DNA of 64,000 nucleotides from a virus (Duplodnaviria; Heunggongvirae; Uroviricota; Caudoviricetes): IMG/VR virus record IMGVR_UViG_2529292828_000009; one strand, 5' to 3'. Shown piece by piece: positions 62,364 to 64,000 of this stretch (position 1 is its first letter; each line of letters starts with the position of its first letter). The notes under the pieces were generated by a model. It saw only the letters and a program-made list of their open reading frames with translations, ran no database searches and was not told where the DNA came from. The position numbers and the translations under genes were made by a program.

Positions 62364-62621
62364 ATGCCAGAAATAGATAGGCAGGGAGGTTTGGCTTTCT
62401 ACATGTACTTTTTCGATACGGGAAAACATCATGTTCCTCATGTACATGTAAAATTTGGCGAATATGAATTGGTTTTAAGTATAGCGGATGCCCAAGAACT
62501 CGCAGGATACTTACCCGATAAATGGAGAAATAAAGCAAGAAAACATGTATTAACAAATAAACAGAAACTTAAGAAAATGTGGGTTCTCGCCGTGAATGGA
62601 AAACAGCCAGGAACTATCTGA
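62364..62621 (+). CDS. DUF4160-like small protein
   Basis: 85 aa; HHVPHVHV motif. Confidence 0.5.
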   Translation: MPEIDRQGGLAFYMYFFDTGKHHVPHVHVKFGEYELVLSIADAQELAGYLPDKWRNKARKHVLTNKQKLKKMWVLAVNGKQPGTI

Positions 62622-62634
62622 AGAGGAGAGATTT

Positions 62635-63135
62635 ATGAGCAGAATTATAGACTTAGATATTATTGATGATTTTACTTTGCAGTTAACCTATGAAAGTGGT
62701 TTGTCTGGAAAATTTAACTTCTTTAAATATCGTGATTGCGAAGTTTTTAATAATCCTAAAAAATTCCAGAAATTTGCTTTGCTACCTACTGGTGATCTCG
62801 AATGGTTAGGGGGCGAACGAGTTACTTCCTTAGAACTGTTAGATAAACTTGTTAATATAAGCTCTACTGAAAAGAGTAATATTTCAGGCACCACCGACAT
62901 ACTCATGATGGCGTTTCAAGATGCTGTTCGTGAAAATAGACCACAGATTATTCAGGCAGCTTTGCGAGCTATGCTTGATAAGCATGGTGTAGCAAATGTT
63001 GCAAATATGACAAATGGAAGTAGAACAAGTATTTATAAGTCCCTAAGCGAAAATACTAATGTATCTATGTCTACTGTTATTAACCTTGCTCATAGTGTTA
63101 TGGAAATTGAGAAAAAAGAAAAAGAAATATATTAA
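62635..63135 (+). CDS. DUF2442-like domain protein with C-terminal HTH-like region (start at internal Met)
   Basis: Beta-rich N-terminal ~85 aa then helical segment; overlaps upstream gene. Confidence 0.45.
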   Translation: MSRIIDLDIIDDFTLQLTYESGLSGKFNFFKYRDCEVFNNPKKFQKFALLPTGDLEWLGGERVTSLELLDKLVNISSTEKSNISGTTDILMMAFQDAVRENRPQIIQAALRAMLDKHGVANVANMTNGSRTSIYKSLSENTNVSMSTVINLAHSVMEIEKKEKEIY

Positions 63136-63477
63136 TCCCCCATTTTAAGAACGAGGATTGTACACCCACCTGATTCAATAGCATTCTCTTAATTCGTTTA
63201 TATGCCCTTGTCCTCATGATAGAATTGAGTACAGAATAGCTTCTCCAAAAAGGAAAATAATGCGGATAATTATAGCATTTTTAATTTATTCCCTGCGAGT
63301 TAAATACCTTTACTATTATAAGATAAAAACCCAAGCATTAGCATAACTTCATTTCATACATCACATCCCCTCACATTTTCTTCATTACATGTTGACATGA
63401 AATAAATTTACTTATAATTATATAATATCAATAAGTAATATAGGGCATTTTAACACACACATATAAAAGGAGTTTAT

Positions 63478-63882
63478 ATGGAAGATATAAAAAACAAAGA
63501 AGACATTTCACCATCTACAGAAGTCAGGCTCTTCACCCCCACCATGAAAAAAACTTCTAAAGTGCATCCCAACGAGCGGAGATTACACTGTGTCAGTGTC
63601 CGATTAAATAAAAAAGAGTTAGAGAAGATTGAAGAACTCAGGGGTCGTTACCGTAGGGGAGAATGGCTGCGTATGGTGTCGTTAAGCAAACTTCCTCCAT
63701 TGATCCCAGAGATAAACAAGGATGTCTGGATCATGTTGGGGGAAATATCGCAGAAACTTAATCGTCTGATAGTACATCTGGATTCTAAAACCAGTGACAG
63801 CCCTCTGACTAAGACAGAAGCTTATGCAGTCAAAAAACAACTTCATGAGCTTCGTTTAAGCCTGATAACTTCTCGTCCATAA
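63478..63882 (+). CDS. MobC-family mobilisation accessory protein
   Basis: 134 aa; ...LGEISQKLNRLIVHL resembles MobC G-NLNQ-A motif; directly upstream of relaxase-like start. Confidence 0.55.
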   Translation: MEDIKNKEDISPSTEVRLFTPTMKKTSKVHPNERRLHCVSVRLNKKELEKIEELRGRYRRGEWLRMVSLSKLPPLIPEINKDVWIMLGEISQKLNRLIVHLDSKTSDSPLTKTEAYAVKKQLHELRLSLITSRP

Positions 63883-63892
63883 AAATTTCTAA

Positions 63893-64000
63893 TTATGAAA
63901 GGAATGCAGAAGATCAAGAGGGGTAAGAGCTTCGCTGGTGTTGTTCAATATGCATTGAAACCTGGAGCACATCATAAATGCGATCCAGTCGTAATCGGGG
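63893..64000 (+). CDS. Relaxase (MOBP-type), N-terminal fragment at window end
   Basis: MKGMQKIKRGKSFAGVVQYALKPGAHH... resembles relaxase N-termini. Confidence 0.45.

Overview
Enterobacterial (E. coli-type) chromosome segment with four blocks. (1) 1..~31471: a bacteriophage Mu prophage (Mu-type Ner, repressor c, A/B transposition genes and canonical left-end sequence), partial in the window, whose left end is inserted inside fimF. (2) ~31472..42709: the type 1 fimbrial locus (fimF truncated, fimD, fimC, fimI, fimA, invertible fimS, fimE, fimB) and divergent nanC-nanM-nanS, followed by an HNH-nuclease gene. (3) ~44132..55808: an ~11.6 kb P4-like satellite bracketed by direct repeats resembling a tRNA 3' end (alpha primase, P4-type RNA immunity region, AlpA, Sid-like, Psu, Delta/Ogr, integrase). 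Its psu/delta-to-int hotspot carries an AT-rich two-gene SIR2-like NADase plus HerA-like ATPase module, the strongest defence-system candidate; the family is already described, so it is not new. (4) ~55809..64000: the AT-rich distal end of a second, mobilisable island with a Kiwa-like 4TM + partner pair, a Type IIG-like restriction-modification fusion with a co-oriented 4TM protein, a DUF4160/DUF2442-like pair, MobC and the start of a relaxase. No intact tRNA, rRNA or CRISPR array was found. All assignments are from reading motifs and gene order by eye; no database search was run, and hand-located non-ORF coordinates may be off by 1-2 nt.
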